The translations under genes and the position numbers were made by a program. From Glaucostegus cemiculus (taxonomy: Eukaryota), in contig CDPCPM010000011.1 of the NCBI GenBank assembly GCA_976551045.1, positions 5,766,001 through 5,830,000 on the forward strand: a stretch of 64,000 nt of DNA, in the 5' to 3' direction. Under the pieces are notes generated by a model. It searched no databases. It was not told the origin of the DNA and saw only the letters and a program-made list of their open reading frames with translations. Shown here in pieces: positions 61,826-64,000 of this stretch. The number at the start of each line of letters is the position of its first letter. Position 1 is the stretch's first letter.

Positions 61826-64000
61826 AAAGTAAACTGATCACTCCCTCCTTCAATGTTGCATCTCTGAATGCCTCAGACTGGCATCCTTCAGTAAACCATT
61901 GTCCTGCATGCTCAGCACCAGTCAATCAATTAACTCCAGCCTAAAAGTATTGCTTTCATCAAGATGCACACTTCATTAGGCTTGAAGTGCTGACGTCCAT
62001 TAGTCCTGTGATCGTAAAACCTTCAAATGCTCGCAACAGAAAAAAACAAAAAAAAGTTTAAATTTAAAATGGTAATGATGCACCAATAAGGTGTCAGAGG
62101 AATTGCCTTAAGGTTTCAAGTTGAAAGAAAATTATGCCAGAGATCTTATGTCATAATTAAAATACAAAAGCTGCAGCAGCATAAAGTCAGGTGGGAGGAA
62201 TGAAGGTCTGCTCTCTTCAATAGATTAGACATGGTTTTTTTTTTCAACCCTGCCACCCAAGTTTGAATCCAGCAAACTTAAATGTAATGGAAGACATACA
62301 TCACTGAGCAAAATATTTGGACCAACCTGAGGGTCATCGCCATACACTTTTTAAGTACCATTCAATATCAATTAAATTAAAGTTATATGCGACTCTCAAA
62401 TCCAACACAAACTTAATAATCGTCAGACTGACTTCAAACAAATGACAGTGTGTCAAATGGAAAATGAATTTTTTGGACAAATTAGAAGCAAGACATTTGC
62501 TCTCCACAGATACAGCAAAACAAAAGTCGTACTCCAATAGATGGCATGAGCTATCTAAAAGAAATTCTTGCTTCATGAGTGAACTAACAGTAGATCATAA
62601 TATTCACAGAATTTACATTGCTTATCTTAACACACACAAACATGTGATGTTGATTTAAAATCATACTGTCAACATGCATGCATCAATGAAAATTATTTTA
62701 TACTTCCCAGGTGAAGATAAGCACATGAAATGCAACTACTTAGAAATCTGTTCCATGATACTGACCTTTTGGACGCTAAATTTGTGTGTTACCTTTCATT
62801 TCTACACATTTTTATTACTGATTTTTTAAATAAGAGTGACAAGCATAAAACATGAGTGTTGTGTAGCTGTTACCCTTTATGTATCTCTCTTTTTGACGGG
62901 AAGTGACAGTAAAGTAATTGTTAATTGCTCAGTGGAATGCTTGGATGATTTAAATGGGTTGGTAAATCTTAGGAAATACGTAAAAGATTGTTCATTGGTG
63001 TGTGTCATGTGATCATACACTGCAAACTAAAGACATTATAGCTCTTGTGCTGTAATAACATGACATCACCTTCAGAATTGGGCCAAATTTCACTTTAAAA
63101 AAAATCAATTAGGGAAATACACTGAAAATCCAAAAGCAAATAGCTTGTTGAGTGATAATACAAATATAATCTAAGCCCTGTAAAATATGCCTGGTAAAAC
63201 AATTTGAAATCCCCACAAAGTAATGCTCAGAAAGGAAGAATTGCCTTTTTAAGTTTTGGATGAAATCCTATTTGTGGAGCAACTCACACTAAAAGCTTCA
63301 CTGTTGCCAAATCAATAATTCATTTAGTTTAATGAGATAAGTACTTTGGAAACTAATCGGCAATTGCTTCATTTACTCTAACTTGTTAGAATCTTAATGC
63401 ACTGTATTGCTCCTCTGGTAAGCAATCTTTCAGCAACTGACTTTCCTAAAAACAGAGAGCTGACTTGACATCTTCCCTAATACTGTGGGATTCAGAAGTT
63501 ACAGAAATATTTTAGCAGAATTCAGGAGCACTTGAGACCTCAGCAGGTCTTGAGAAGAATCACGCAAGGTTGACTAGTTATCAACTGCATGGACCTTGCT
63601 GCTGCACCATCCAGCAAGGCTGACAGATTGTGGTTAACCAGCAGCCATTATATTGGGGGGGGGGGGGGGGATTAAATAGCAGTGGTAATGTCTTACAAAA
63701 CAGGATAACTAAACAATGGTCTTGCCACAGAAAGGGAATTCTTGCAATGATTGGTCATTTGAAAGCAGCATTTATTTCTTCGGGGGAAAATAAGCGTGGT
63801 TGTATCCTTTAGGGAGGGCCTAGCTGGAATGAAATAAAAATATTATAAATTTAAAAATAAACATGCCCACTGTGTCCCTGTTTACATCTTGCTAAGGACA
63901 CTGACCATGCTAAAAAAAATGTTCAACAAAGGCACAGGACATTGATGTATGTTCTGTTGAAATTTAGCACCACATTATCAAAATCCAATTAAAAATCATA

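Noticed and set aside
63655-63670. 16-nt poly-G run
   Set aside because: Simple homopolymer with no supporting context.

Overview
AT-rich, repeat-laden vertebrate genomic DNA. The repeat complement (many CR1-type LINE 3' ends, HE1/V-SINE-like and Deu-domain SacSINE1-like SINEs, Penelope-derived palindromic elements) points to a cartilaginous fish. No intact protein-coding gene is present, and the ORFs that can be assigned are LINE fragments or pieces of decayed exons. The main hidden structure is a chain of about 20 minus-strand exon-like segments between ~1.2 and ~33.3 kb. They have AG/GT splice signals but contain many stops and frameshifts, and the largest is split by LINE/SINE insertions, so this looks like a long-dead multi-exon pseudogene. 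By eye, several translated pieces fall in the order expected for a TASOR/FAM208-type (HUSH complex) protein: pseudo-PARP, SPOC, long disordered region, PIN-like. That assignment rests on recalled motifs, not a computed alignment. Just upstream is a TE-poor island (~33.4-38.2 kb) with a candidate minus-strand promoter and first exon. The Penelope-derived elements carry minimal hammerhead ribozyme cores. The region 38-64 kb appears non-coding, with decayed TEs. TE boundaries are approximate.
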